In this document: piece by piece, positions 1 through 12,949 of the stretch
How positions within the stretch are numbered: position 1 is the stretch's first letter
How the letters are laid out: each line of letters starts with the position of its first letter
Source: Lytechinus pictus
Taxonomy: Eukaryota
Direction of reading: 5' to 3'
NCBI RefSeq assembly: GCF_037042905.1
Contig: NC_087245.1
Location: 930,001 to 994,000 of the forward strand
DNA: 64,000 nt
Made by a program: the position numbers and the translations under genes
The notes under the pieces: generated by a model
Seen by the model: only the letters and a program-made list of their open reading frames with translations
Database searches by the model: none
What the model was told of the DNA's origin: nothing

Positions 1-491
1 TGACAAATACCAGTTTTGTCTAACATGTCGTTTGGATCCACTAGCTGTTCCTCGATTGATTTACACGAAAGAGATGCTGTTTTTCGCAATATGCAGAGAT
101 TCTAATGCGTCTCGAATTCGACTGTTTACTGACTGAACTAATGTGAATTTTGCAATTAAATGGATGACATACAGGCTGGCATATTTTTTGTTTGGCAAGG
201 ATGGCAAAACAATCAATATTGCAAATAAATACCTGATCGATATAAAATCTGGATTAGTTGAATATAATAATATTAAATTTAGAGTATTTCGTACCATATA
301 CGTACACGTTATCTCTATGTCGGTACTACCAGGGAGTGATTCACTGCTATTGCACATGTAGCATGCTAAGATAATAACATTGTTGATCATATCGAATTGT
401 TTACCCTTGCCGTGGGAAACGCTATTATTTTTTCCATATTACTTGACTCAACTGAAGAGGGTTGGCATGGTTGGTGCACCAGGGGATCTAA

Positions 492-877
492 TACCCCTTT
501 CATAAACCCAATAAAACCCAATTATGCGGCTAATAGCAGCATAATTTGGTCGTAAAATCAGAGGAGGACAAGAGTTATCCGCATTATTCTGATGCTGCTA
601 TTATCCGCATAATAGTGGCATCGGGACAAGATTTTGAGTTTATGAACGTATTTCCAAATAATGCGGATAATTGCCATGGTGCGGTCACATGGTCACCCTT
701 TTCCAACACAACCGCATCGGAGGGGGCGTGTCCAGTTGTCATGACGATTATCCGCCTTTTTCAGGACGGGCGCTCGTAAAAATAATGCGGATAATTTTCG
801 GAGTTTGTGAACGCAATTTTTATTGAATTGTCCGCATTACTCTGAGGATAGGTTTTATTGGGTTTATGAAAGGGGTA
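492..877. mobile_element. MITE, PIF/Harbinger (Tourist-like) non-autonomous element
   Basis: Perfect 27-bp TIR TACCCCTTTCATAAACCCAATAAAACC (492-518) / GGTTTTATTGGGTTTATGAAAGGGGTA (851-877). TAA on both flanks (489-491, 878-880) is a 3-bp TWA target-site duplication. An internal TTATCCGCATTATT motif recurs in both orientations. Confidence 0.85.
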
Positions 878-1899
878 TAAGACTGACCGATGTTGGGGCC
901 CATAAGGGGTCCCCTTTTCTTCCAAAATTCTGTGACAAACAGCCAAAAAAAAAAAAATCTTCATCACCCCTATTCCATTTTTGTAAACAATGCTCACATT
1001 CCTTCCTCCATGCGTGTGTGCATGTGTAGGTCCATGGTGTGTGTGAGGAGATGGCGGTCCAGGGGTGTCTAGTAAATATCGACTTTCCTATGCTACATTC
1101 TGGTTTATACTTCCTAAACACCCAAAACAAAGGACGGTTCATCACAAAATGCAAATTACATAAAGGCAAAGTCAGCAGGAAAACAGAATAATGCTGGTAT
1201 TTGGGTGGCAACAGGCATCATCCCAATAATGAACTGTGAGAGGATAAACAATAATAAAATATCCTGGAAGCTAGACTGTTGTAGAGACGCTTGATCTTCA
1301 TCACCTAGGCGAACGCAGTACCAGAGCGGGTCGTTTTATCAGAGGAGTGGAAAATCCGATCGTGACCTCTCACGACCTACAAGGTCACAAGAGGATTACA
1401 AGCAGATCGTTGCCTGCTAAAAAAGTCGAATACCAACAGGGCTTTTTACTTACAGATCTAGCTTGTTATCCTTTGGTACACGTACTTTGGTGGTATACTG
1501 TGGTATAGACATGGACCTACTAGTACTACAAAGAAGGAATATACCCTTCCTGAGTAGAGTAGACCGTTTTGATAGCGGCTTTGTGGTTGACCTGAGGTGA
1601 AACTTACACCATATCAAGCTATGTTCCTGAGTGTGATATGGAAAATAGAAAGTCTGACATTTTGTGGTGTGGTGTTCAGTGGTAAAAAGGTGTGATATCA
1701 GTCTTATTTTTAGGCACTGCAGTGTCTGCACATGCACTGTACTGTCGAGGTCCTGATGGTTTATAGACGGGTTCATCGTTCATGAATATTTTAGTCTGGC
1801 CATGAAGCTTGTAAACTTCATCGGTGGTGATTGATACGAACTATTGACTGGAAATATAAGTAGGATTATATCAAATTGTATTGTGGACTTTTTTTTTAG

Positions 1900-1953
1900 C
1901 GACGATTGAGTGACCTTTTGCTATCCTCCAACATGTCCAAGGTGTCAATCAAG
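1900..1953 (+). other. Candidate micro-exon: 54-nt phase 0-0 exon (RRLSDLLLSSNMSKVSIK), or the end of a first exon coding MSKVSIK from ATG 1933
   Basis: Poly-T + TAG acceptor ends at 1899. CCAAC-ATG start context at 1933. Strong donor AAG|GTAAGG at 1953/1954. Reading frame is open. Based on signals only, no homology recognised. Confidence 0.4.
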
Positions 1954-2630
1954 GTAAGGAAGGTATCATTTTATTACTCAAGTTTTCATCAACCATGATG
2001 GGACTTCTTGTCATAACCATGTATGAATAAAACGTGCTCTCTATAATCAATTCTTGAATAGAAGTTTGGCGCTAATAATCAGAGAGCATATTGGTCAGGG
2101 GGATCTGTAACGAGACAATTGTATTGACCCTGGCGATGACCCCGCCTATATCCCGGTACCTGAACTCTAGGGGAACCATGCATATGGATTGTTATGTCAC
2201 GTCAAATATATTCAGTTACGAGATAATCGTACAAAGAATGGCTCATGCTAGGTATAGGGGCAGATTTGATATTTGCCCTTTTCTCTCTCTTTATCATTTA
2301 TGTTTGTCTTCCCATTTCTTGCTTCAAATTGTTCGTGCATGTATTTACTCTTCAAGAGTTGTTTGTTTGTTTGTTTTGAGAGAGTGGATGCATGACACAG
2401 GAAAAAAAGGCGTTGCTGACAAATTTCTTTGATTTTTAACGAGAGTAAACTCTGAATTTACAATGTAGCAATAAAGGTAAACCCAAAAATATTCGGTTGA
2501 AGCACGTAGGTATTTGGTAAAAGTCGGTCCACGAATATTTTATTAAGAAATTTCGAAACCCCTGTGGATATCGTTTATGATTCAGGTTTTTGAAGATATT
2601 GAAAAATGACCAACAATGAACAAAAGCCCC

Positions 2631-2737
2631 GGGAGGGAGGGAGGGAGGGAGGGAGGGAGGGAGGGAGGGAGGGAGGGAGGGAGGGAGGGAGGGAGGGAGG
2701 GAGGGAGGGAGGGAGGGAGGGAGGGAGGGAGGGAGGG
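2631..2737 (+). repeat. (GGGA)n tetranucleotide microsatellite, G-quadruplex-prone
   Basis: About 26 uninterrupted GGGA units; explains the PPSL-repeat ORF at 2582-2779. Confidence 0.97.
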
Positions 2738-5450
2738 GAAATGCAAATAACTGATGATTCTTAACAAAAGTATGAACACAATTTAACCTCCCATAGCACG
2801 CATATTGACTGGTACAAGAAGGGGATTAAAAAGGAGAACTAGATTTGAATGTCTTTCTCTGCAATTTCATTTCATAATCAAATGATGGTATACTGCGAGT
2901 CCGAGACTCCAAGATAATGTTTGTATTTTCGAGGATATAGGCCTATATGTGACATGGGGTATCCAGAATAAAGCGATTATTTATTTGATCATCTTCTTTA
3001 GTGGGGAAAGTGTCTCATCTTAATTAATCTGCAGTCAATCTCTTTGAAAATTGTTCATTCGATTATAATGAGTCTTTACGGACTTTCCATCATTCATTAT
3101 GTGAACTGATAACTAATTGGCCTATAAATTATAATTCAATTATAATTTAATTTTCATCACGGAGATTGAATTTAGTATAAATATTAATATGGAGGCCATC
3201 TGTGAACTCGGAAGTAGATAGAACCATGGACCTACTGATAGAACGGAACGATTCGAGTGGTTGAGAAAGGTGCATTTAGTAATGAGTATACATACCTAAA
3301 ATGATGTTAGATTTTGGGAGTAAATTACCTACACATCATCCATTTGTTATAGGCTTATCTGTAGTCTCAACTCGAAATCTGAACTTTAAATTGAGGGAAG
3401 AAAGTAATATCCATATCGCTGCTTCTTTAAGGAAATGTGATGTTAATTTTCACTTGCTATTTTGTCTATACTAGGGATGTTTTCAATAGACAATGAACGT
3501 GTTCATATCTTGTTTGTAGATATATTTTATATTGCAATGATTTTCACCCTTGATCCAAGGCTAACCAAGCAGGTAATATCATCCAATATAAATCAATCCA
3601 CTGCAAAGAAATATTTCGTGACATACCTTCATATCTCATAAAGCCAAAGTTATCTTTTTCTTATTGAACTTTTCTATTATTGTCCACTCTGGTTTTTTAG
3701 TATAGAACGTTCTTGCCATTTATAAAGTATTTTGAAATACCAAGATATTATATTTTCATATACAATCTTGGTTCATCTGTGGAAGGAAATATAGAGGCAT
3801 CCATGAATCTTTTTAGATTTCACTCTCTCTTATTTTGTCTCTTCTGCAGCTTTACGTTTTTACTTTTACCATGGAGATGACCAATTCTGACAAAGTTTTA
3901 GTTTTTGTTCACCTTATAAGGCCTGATTACGCAAATGAGTTGGAGCCTATCAGAATCACTACGAAGAAATTATGAGTCAAATATTAAGGCGATACAATGT
4001 AAATTATTTTGTGACCTCACATGCGAGCACTTTCCCGATTATTGTCATTTAACATGTTTAATATAAATTCCAGTATAAACAATTCACAATAACTACAGAT
4101 TATTATACTAGTGATTTTTTTTACCTTCTGTCAGGGTGAATTTCCCTTTTCACTCTAAAGATGTTACCCTATTTGCTCAGTTTATGAAATTCACTGCATA
4201 GTTACAGAGTGCAACTGAATGCAACCTTACTAATTGATTGGTGAAAAGGCGAATTTGCTGGCAATATTTATTCAGACTGTTAATAACGGTGAATATTGAT
4301 GAATAGGTTTTAAGTGTTATTGCAATTTCAATGACAATGCAAAAGTTGAGAAGTTTAAGGTTAGCAAAGAGAAATTTATTATTTTTGTTTTAATGAAATG
4401 TGTCGAAAAGGCTCGGAATAATTGCGTGTTGTAGGCACAAATTCATTGCCTTAATAATGAAATTTCTACTTTAAGCTTCTGTTGACTGACAACAACAATT
4501 GATCGAATATCAAAAGATCACCAGAAATTGAATCTATCTGACATTTCAGTTATCATCACTTCATAAATCACGTAAGACCTAAAAGATAAATCCAGACGAT
4601 TAAGATGAATGCTACGTGAAAGTGTGTATTGTGACGCACCACTTAATCAGTCCGTTATGATTGTGACGTATTAACATGCATGTTCTCAAAGTTGGGACAT
4701 CTGTGTGATATTCTAATTCCATAGATTATAAATCACTTGTCACGTATGAAACAAAGAAATCCAGTCAAGACTATGTGAAAACAATCAATTGCTGTGAGAT
4801 CGAATTCCAAGGTGAAAGCGTTGATCATTTTATTAATGAACGTTGTAGGCCAATTTTAATACAAATTGATGGAAATAAATGAAGTGAGGTTGTCATTTAA
4901 ATGAAACTGAATGAAACTTTAAATGAAACAGCAAGAGCAACTGTAAACGGGCTTGGTTTTCAGCATCCCTATAAAGTTTGGAACATGTATGACTTACCCA
5001 ATGTGGGTTATCAATAATCGGTTGTTTGTGCAGCGTCTAGACCCCTGTTACATTTTCCCCTGTCCTAGAATAGATCCCATGATACTTGCCCCCCCCCCCT
5101 GTCAAGTCTGTGACATGACCTGTTTTTTTTGTTTTTACCTTAATACAAATTAAATTGAAAAACATATATAATTGAGGAACGGAAATAATGAAAGTGAACG
5201 ACAATTATAGGATAGAGTCATGGACTTTTACTTATCTTCTTCTAGTCCATCCTCAAATTTCCCACAAATTAATACAAACTCAATTAGGTAAATGATGTAA
5301 ATAGTTAAGTTTATGGTCATGATAATAAAGATAATGATAATAATATTCTAGGGTATTTGTAAAGCGCGAAATCAACATGGATTTGAATTATAGATTCAAA
5401 ATGTTACAGAACGGTACCACTGGAATTATTCACCCCATTTGAGTGTTTAC

Positions 5451-5633
5451 TAGTCTGCTATACAGACTCTGAATGGCTCGTGAGGTGGGATCTGCTGGTT
5501 TGCGAAGCAAACCAGCCTGAAAGGGCGAGCGAAGCGAGTCATCTGCAGCCTCAGTAGACCTAAACTGCTATGCAGACTCGTTGAATCAGCTGAGATACAC
5601 ACACTGCAGATGTGGGTCTACATTTGTAGACTA
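5451..5633. mobile_element. Short non-autonomous DNA transposon with 9-bp TSD (AcademH-like; MULE not excluded)
   Basis: Termini TAGTCT...AGACTA. Exact 9-bp direct repeat AGTGTTTAC at 5442-5450 and 5634-5642. Internal hairpins present. Confidence 0.75.
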
Positions 5634-6031
5634 AGTGTTTACTGCTCGGCTGGGGGGGGGGGGGGGGGTTGGATGGAATATTTTCGAACTAGTAATATAT
5701 GTGGAGCTGGAGTCACATGTCATGGGATAAAATGATTTATCATGAGGGAATAAAATGTATTTTGGTTCAGGATAGTAAAATGGCTTTGGTCAAGGGTTTG
5801 TCATGAGGTCATCAATTATTCTCTGCCTGGATACATCATCAGTTGGATATAGGCCCATTCTATACAAAAATGACATGAAGTTTATGATTTAATATGATCG
5901 CTCATGTTTGTTATGAAAGGATAACAAATGGGAAAAATCGAATTTTTCTCTCAAACTGCATGTTTAAGCTTGATCTCTACTGGTTTCCTCCATTAATAGT
6001 AATTAGCATTTTTTAAGACTGTAAACTAAAA

Positions 6032-6251
6032 CAGGGGCGGCGCTTCATAGGGACAGGGGACAGAGGCAATTGCACCATTTTATTTTTTCGAGTAGTGAAA
6101 TAAAAGGGGGAAAGAGGAAAAAAGAGGAAGAAAAGGGAAGAGGGGAGACAGAGTGTCAAGAGAGAGTGTATAGGTCTTGTAACTATTCACCTGTAATTCA
6201 ATTTAGAAAACAAAATCATCTCGCTATCAAAATACACTATCCCCGCCCCTG
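6032..6251. mobile_element. Degenerate hAT-like MITE
   Basis: Inverted termini CAGGGGCGG (6032-6040) / CCGCCCCTG (6243-6251). No clean 8-bp TSD. Confidence 0.5.
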
Positions 6252-6656
6252 AAACGAATTAGGTAAGAAAAGTGCATGACTACGAGTTGGATTGTACCAA
6301 ACCATTGACCTACTACATGCATACCATCGCTGGTGTAATTGAAACATTATTTAGGGTCCATTTTTCATGGAACCCTTGAAATAGTTTTTGATATAGGCCC
6401 TATTTCTGTAACCTATCAACTCTGATACAGACCGAAGACCGTTACTTTACCGTATACATGGTATAATCATTTCTTGTATTAGCCTCTTGTCGAGGCCCTG
6501 GTGGCTGCTTCTCTAGCGAAGTGAGGGATATAGCGAAGCAGAGCGCAACTTCTTTTCATCTCACTCATGAGGATATCCATAGGGATTATGATCTATCTGG
6601 TATATAATGGATAGATGTACTAATGACACAAAAATTAATTATCATAGACAGGATAT

Positions 6657-7030
6657 GGGAGAGCAGTGGTGTAGTGGTTCTGACTCTCGCATTTTAAACA
6701 GAGGGTCGTGCGTTCGAATCCCACCGCGGTCTAGCGTTCTTTGGCAAGGCGTTAATCCACACTTTGCCACTCTCGGTCCAGGTGCTAAATGGATACCCGG
6801 TAGGATGCAAAAGTGATTGTATGTTCCAATTTACCAGCGCCATTATAATAAGGCTGCGATGAATGCAATGAATGCTCCCCAGGGAGTAGAAATTGTGCAC
6901 TTTTCGTGCGGGATTGAAATTAATCCAATGACCGGGATAATAATATGCTGTAATTTTTGTAAAGCGCTTTGACTAGCCGTTATGGGGGAAAGCGCTATAA
7001 AAACTAGATATTATCATTACTATTATTATT
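6657..7030 (+). mobile_element. tRNA-derived SINE with Deu/Nin-type core and L2-like tail (family A)
   Basis: A box TGGTGTAGTGG (6667-6677) and B box GTTCGAATC (6712-6720). Core ACTTTGCCACTCTCGGTCCAGGTGCTAAATGGATACC and GCTCCCCAGGGAGT. Tail TGTAAAGCGCTTTGA...AGCGCTATAAAA followed by (TAT)n. Confidence 0.9.
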
Positions 7031-10000
7031 TATGAAGCAGGAGTTTGATGAAGAACCTCCTTGAAAACTTGTTAGTTCCCAAAGCACGCAGATGTATTGG
7101 AATGCGATAAACGGTTGGATTTGTGAGCGCCCATCGAGGTAAACTATCCGACAACTGTCAGCAATGATTTAGGGGTAACAAGGTGGAATGGTTTGCGATA
7201 CATCATCGGGAATCAAACCCGCTGTATATGCGGCATGTACACACGTAGCGGGTGGAATCAAGGAGTGGAATCATGCCGTTCGAAGTGCACTCTACAATGG
7301 GGGGATCCTATAGTCAGGCTGGTCGCTCAGAGTTCTTTGACTTGTGAGATCAATTAGGGATTAATAATTGGCTTTATCATATACCACGTACAGAAGCAAG
7401 GTAAGTAAGTAAGTAATAATAGTTTCGTAATATTAAGAAATATCATAGTTATACAGCAATATAGGCCTAACTAAAAGTAACAGGAATATGGACGTTTCAC
7501 AGCCATTCACAGGCCGTCACTATAATTTCATTGGTTTTACAGACAGTGACTCAAATTCGTGTGGTTCGGAACATGGAACTTGCAGTGAATTTAGAGCGGT
7601 TATTAATTTATAACGCAAATATGATTGTGTTTCTTAAGTTATTGATTCCCAGTGGACCATATTATTCCTATTCAAATTCAAGTCTCCACCACGCCGGCAT
7701 CTACAAAGAGATACTAGCTGTCATCTTGTCACTTTGACCATCGAGTGGTTTACACAACATCCCTAAAAATCATGGGCCTGTCGTAAAATGACCTTATCTT
7801 CACAGTCTTCATCATTTTTTACAATTCTTTGAAGTTTATACGCATCTGGAAGGAACCCAGTTTCCCAAACATAATTCAAGTTTCGAGTCAAGTCCATTAT
7901 TTTCACCATTTTTGTAGCACAATGTTTCCTTTGACTTTGAGGAATCAGTTTACGCTGCTCTTTACGTTGTCAAACAGATCGTTTGGTTTGAGCCTGGTTT
8001 GAGGTAAAGACACGGTGAAGTGAACGCGTGTTGACATTGAAGTTTATCGGAAAGGGGGTAGAGTTTCACCATATCGTTCACAACCATCACCGCCATGACC
8101 ATTATGCTACAGGGAAACTCCCCTCTGTGAATAATCACATGCATTATAGTTCATGCGTTTAGGAGGGAATGTAGGGTACAAGTCATAAATGGAGGACTGA
8201 CGGAGGGGAAAGGGGGGGGGGGAGTTGTTGCTTTAATGCAATCAAAATCAGCAAGGACTTAGCATTAATACATTTCGATATGATAACCCGGAATATAGGA
8301 GGGTGAAGAATGGATTGACATGATTTTTTCGTAGACTTATGTTTGTGCCCTTCAGGTGTACACCCCCGGGTACACCCACATACCCATTTTGTTCTAGTAC
8401 GATTCCATTTTTTTTTCTTCAAAGGCCCGAAGATATAGAAAATTTCAAACTCTCTCAAGCTTTGCTAGCTTACACTTGCAATCCCATGCACCTGAATCTT
8501 ATACAGTACCCTACCCGACTATCCGTTTGTGTCTAATACTGGAGGGACCCCCCCCCCCCGAATGATTTCACCCCGTGTCATTATGTAGAAGTCTACAGCA
8601 AGCAATTTGTCATGATTGTTGATATGTTATTACTTTTTAAAAACTTCTTTCATAAATTATAGACATGAACTTCCTTTGAATATATCACGTTATGCAAGTC
8701 CAAGCACAAACAATGCTTCTTGTTACGGTACGGTATTAGATGGTGTGAATATGCCCCCTATGTCGGAATCATGGTGTCTCTGGATGGTTGAGAAAATATA
8801 TGTGGTGTCGGGTGTGGTGTCATCTATAAGTTGAGGTTGCAGTGGTTGTTTTGCCTCGTAAAGAAGATAGGCAAACCTTGCCAGAAAGAGATGTACTGAC
8901 GTAATAAACGTCTGATCATGGAGCTGTAATAGCTCTATGGTCTGATATTCAGGTTTGTTGTGTAGAGTGTAGAGATGTCATGAATCGAGTTCACTGCCTG
9001 CGAGGATAAGGACTTTGTGGGGTTGATCAATCAGGGGAACGGGGGGGGGGGGGGTGGGATGGTGACGGTCTCAGGCTCGGGTGAAACACTGCACTTGCAC
9101 CATCATTGGTTTCTGAAGTTTTTCTATCGCGTTTTGAGTTCGAAGCAAAGTTTTTGTCTTGCTTTGATGTTCCCTTTCCTACTCTCCCCATTCCTCAAGA
9201 CTGTGCTCCTGCTGTTTTGTCGCTCCCCCCTTCACCAAAGTTTTTATTGGTCCCTGTGTACAGTGTATGGTTGTGTGAAATAACCGTTGAAAATAAGTGT
9301 GTGATACTTTTTTTAACACCGACTCACGTGATCCTTTCTTTTTCTCCATCCCCCCACCACCCTTTCTTCGATGTTTGAGCTTGTCAATGAAAGTAGGGCA
9401 CCTTTTGACTTGAAAGTGCTTGAGGGCCTGAAATGCACGACGAAATATCAAACAAGATTTTTGCATGCATTTTTAAAATTTTCTTTCCCCAGTAATGTCA
9501 ACGAACGTACAGGATATAGTTTTAAGAAGATAGAATGAAACATGGCACACGTCTTATTTCTGCAGATCAAACCAGAGAATGGTCTCTTTCAGTGCTTTGT
9601 ATGTATTTCTGACAGGGAAGTGTGCTCTTGCTTATTTTAGTTACGATTTCTTCAAACCATCCTTTGATTTCGTTTGATTTTTTTTCTTGGTTTCGTTCTC
9701 ATTGTTAACAAGAGGACGTGTGAACACCGTTTCGTAGTAATCTTAATTTCAAATCAAGGTCATTGTCAAGTTTTAAACAGTGTGATACTGTAAAGGTCTG
9801 ACAATGGTCTGTTCAAGCCGAACTAGAACGCCAGCTAAAGAAGTTTGTCTCGCAAGTAATGCTTTTTATTATTCATGTGGAACACTGAATAATTAAATCA
9901 TTTTTCATTTTGGTTACTGAACGTCGCCGTCACTGAATTACTCTCTACCCAAAAGTCTCACTCAACTTAATTTATTAACCATTCTTGTAAAATTTAGGTC

Positions 10001-11443
10001 GATTTGTGATTCATTCAAGAGGCGTGGGAATTTCACTGAATCTGGATAAATGATTCAGTAAGGTTTGACTTTTAATCTATCAGCCTTCACTTTTTCGGTT
10101 GTTCATCAGCGGGAATGATAGGAATAAGCAGGTTTTTTCTCTAGTTGCATGTTGCTTCGATTCAAGGAATGTGGAATTAATTTTCTTTCACTGAAATCGT
10201 GATAAGATAATTATGTATTAATAGAAAAACGCATTCCAAAATATATTATTAAAAAATAATTCAAATAATATTCAGGTTTGTCCGTTAAATCACACAGGTC
10301 TATTATCAATTATGTGTCATCTCAGTGTCATGACATGAGATCTTCCTTTGAAATCGTTATTTAGAGATCGTTTATCTTCGACACTCGATTGACAAAAGTT
10401 TGGAACTTTGTTTTATAGACAATCAATTAGAAGCATGTACGTATTGTTAGCTTACACGTGATATTGGTTACAAATTGATCATCTTTAGATCATACCATCG
10501 GCCTCTCTTAATATTGCTTGATACTATCACAATGTGAATTCATATAATTGAAAGGGGTTAAACCCAATACCACCGAATTTCATGTGTCATATAGGTATAC
10601 CTTTATGACCCACACAGAGGTAGTTATTAAATGTTGATTGATTGATTGAATGAATGAATGTATAAATTATTGATTGATTGGTTGATTAATTGATTTCAGT
10701 CGTAACATAATTCTGTTAAAGAGATGAGATGAGTACAGTAAAAAAATCCAGAACTTTAAATTGATAGCAAAACATGTCCCAGAGGTAACATAAATTTTGT
10801 AAAATTCAAGTGCTCAATATTATACAACGATAACCGAAAAAATATTCGCAGTGGTGAAAAAACAGTGGTGCCAAAAAACAGTAAATAATTTCATGTTTGT
10901 TATGTTATGAAAAAATATACGAATTATATGCATGTATGCAGAAGAGAACATTAAATCAAATATTGATAAATAATAAAGTTGGAATTCCTTTGTAATTGAC
11001 GATGAAGATATGATCATTGACCTATATAGCTCCAAGGTGAATAGTTTGGGTCTTAAAAAAGAGCAAGTGTGCATTGAACAATGGACTGAAATGAAGGCTA
11101 GAATGTTTTGTATCTATCTAACCCCCGCGCCATCTTGAAGCACAATCAGTGACTCGACCCACCTTGAACCTCACCTAAACATTTAGATTCTCATGTCGAC
11201 ACAGGTCGTTGTAACGATGACACTAGGATATACTCCTCAAGAAATTAAAGGAGAACATCAACTCAAATGCAGATCTACATTTGCATTAGTATTTTTAGAA
11301 GCTCAGCTTAGTTTAGCTTATTTATTCGATTCTATTTTTTTTTCGGGGGGGGGGGGGGGCACGTAATGTTCTCTAAGTCTTGACCGAAACGGCCGACCAC
11401 GGAGGAAGAATATCTCTACAAACTATATAAATAATGCCTTCTT

Positions 11444-11656
11444 CAGGAGCGGATCCAAGATTTTCCACTGGGGAGGGCACATTTTCCCCGAGGAAAAATT
11501 TGACAAGCAAAAAATTAAAGAAACAAAGGTTCTCACTTTCAAAGGGGGGGGGGGGGGGGCACACTTATGCTTTAACGGCATTTTTACATTACAAATTTTA
11601 ATTGTGCTTCTCAATGGGGCCACGAACCAGCTGTGCCCCCCGTGGATCCCCCAGTG
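11444..11656. mobile_element. hAT-type MITE with 8-bp TSD and internal poly-G
   Basis: Exact 8-bp TSD GCCTTCTT at 11436-11443 and 11657-11664. Imperfect TIR CAGGAGCGGATCCA / TGGATCCCCCAGTG. G-run at about 11543-11559. Confidence 0.85.
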
Positions 11657-12022
11657 GCCTTCTTTATAATATGATGTTTCTAGATTTTTTAATTCATTTT
11701 TTATAGGAACTTGTTATTTTGCAGGCGTTGTGCTTTTGTGAATTTCAATCAAGTTTTTATTTTTTGCAAATTCCATGTTGCGTGAACCGGTCTTGATTCA
11801 TTCAACTCAAAATTGCACTGGGTACAATATTCTGTGCACGTTCATTATTTATGCATTCTTCATATTCATTCCTGTTCTCCAAAATCAGATGAAATCAAAA
11901 GAAGTGTTCTGGTCGTTGAAAATTTGACCCCAGTGGATTAGGATATTCGTGGCAATTTAAATTCAAATTAAACTGAATATAACGCCCGCTTTTCACATCC
12001 CTTCCTCTGTGTCGCAGTCAAC

Positions 12023-12312
12023 GTGGAGCGTTGTGGCCCAGTGGATTAGTCTTCGGACTTTGAAACATAGGGTCGTGGGTTCAAATCCCAGCCATGGCGT
12101 AATTTCCTTCGGCAAGAAATTTATCCACATTGTGCTGCACTCGACCCAGGTGAGGTAAATGGGTACCTGGCAGGAATTTATTCCTTGAAATGCCAACGCG
12201 CTGTAAAAGGCTGCGAGGCTAAAGCCAGGGTAATAATATCCAATTAAGCGCATAGGGACGCATTTGGCAGTGATATGCGCTATATAAGCATGTTGGTATT
12301 ATTATTATTATT
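12023..12312 (+). mobile_element. tRNA-derived SINE with Deu/Nin-type core and L2-like tail (family B)
   Basis: A box TGGCCCAGTGG (12034-12044) and B box GGTTCAAATCC (12078-12088). Core TGCTGCACTCGACCCAGGTGAGGTAAATGGGTACC. Tail AGCGCATAGGGAC...ATGCGCTATATAAG followed by (TAT)n. Confidence 0.9.
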
Positions 12313-12949
12313 GCTTTGGGCTCTTTCAGATGATTCATGTCTTTCGAATCTTCAACGAATGAACTTGGTAAACATAATGAAATAAGACATGTTAATTGTC
12401 ATCCATTTTGTTTTCTGTTTGAGCGTGAAAATTTTTTAATCCCTAGCTGGTTGATAAGTTCATCGTCCCGGTGAATAATTGATCGGGAATGCCCATGCGA
12501 GGGCTCTTTCGGCGCTAGCAATATCTGAGAAGATATTATATTCCTGAATTTGAGGCGGATTGACAGCTATTATTTTGTACCAATTATTTATAGAGCATAC
12601 GTGCAGGCAACACAGAACTGCCTTAGGATTGGTATAACAATGAATCCGGAACATGGTGCTGTGTATGGCATGTATTTTATTTTCGTCGAATCCTTTTCTT
12701 GTGTGTGGGAGGGGGTTGTTTTACAAAATATTTACTAACATGACTAAGGAAAATACCTTCTATTTAGAGGCGCGCTATCTGTAATTTGTTATAAAAAATG
12801 TCTCCTTTTTCGATATTTATTTATTTATTATTATTATTATTATTATTTTTTTTTTTTGGGGGGGGGGTATTTTAGTCGCAAGGGAAATTCAGACATATTT
12901 CTTTATTCATTCTTTTGGCTTTGTACGTGCAGTGAGATAAATGGGAGGC

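Noticed and set aside
6657..6730. tRNA gene (also 12023-12095)
   Set aside because: A and B boxes are present, but there is no clean acceptor stem. Both continue into a SINE core and LINE-like tail, so they are SINE heads.
8720..9015. Possible solo LTR (TGTTACGG start, AATAAA)
   Set aside because: No matching inverted CA end, TSD or second copy found.
12460..12570. GGATTGACAG / GCTCTTTC words reminiscent of 18S rRNA
   Set aside because: Only isolated short words, in the wrong order, with no extended rRNA similarity.
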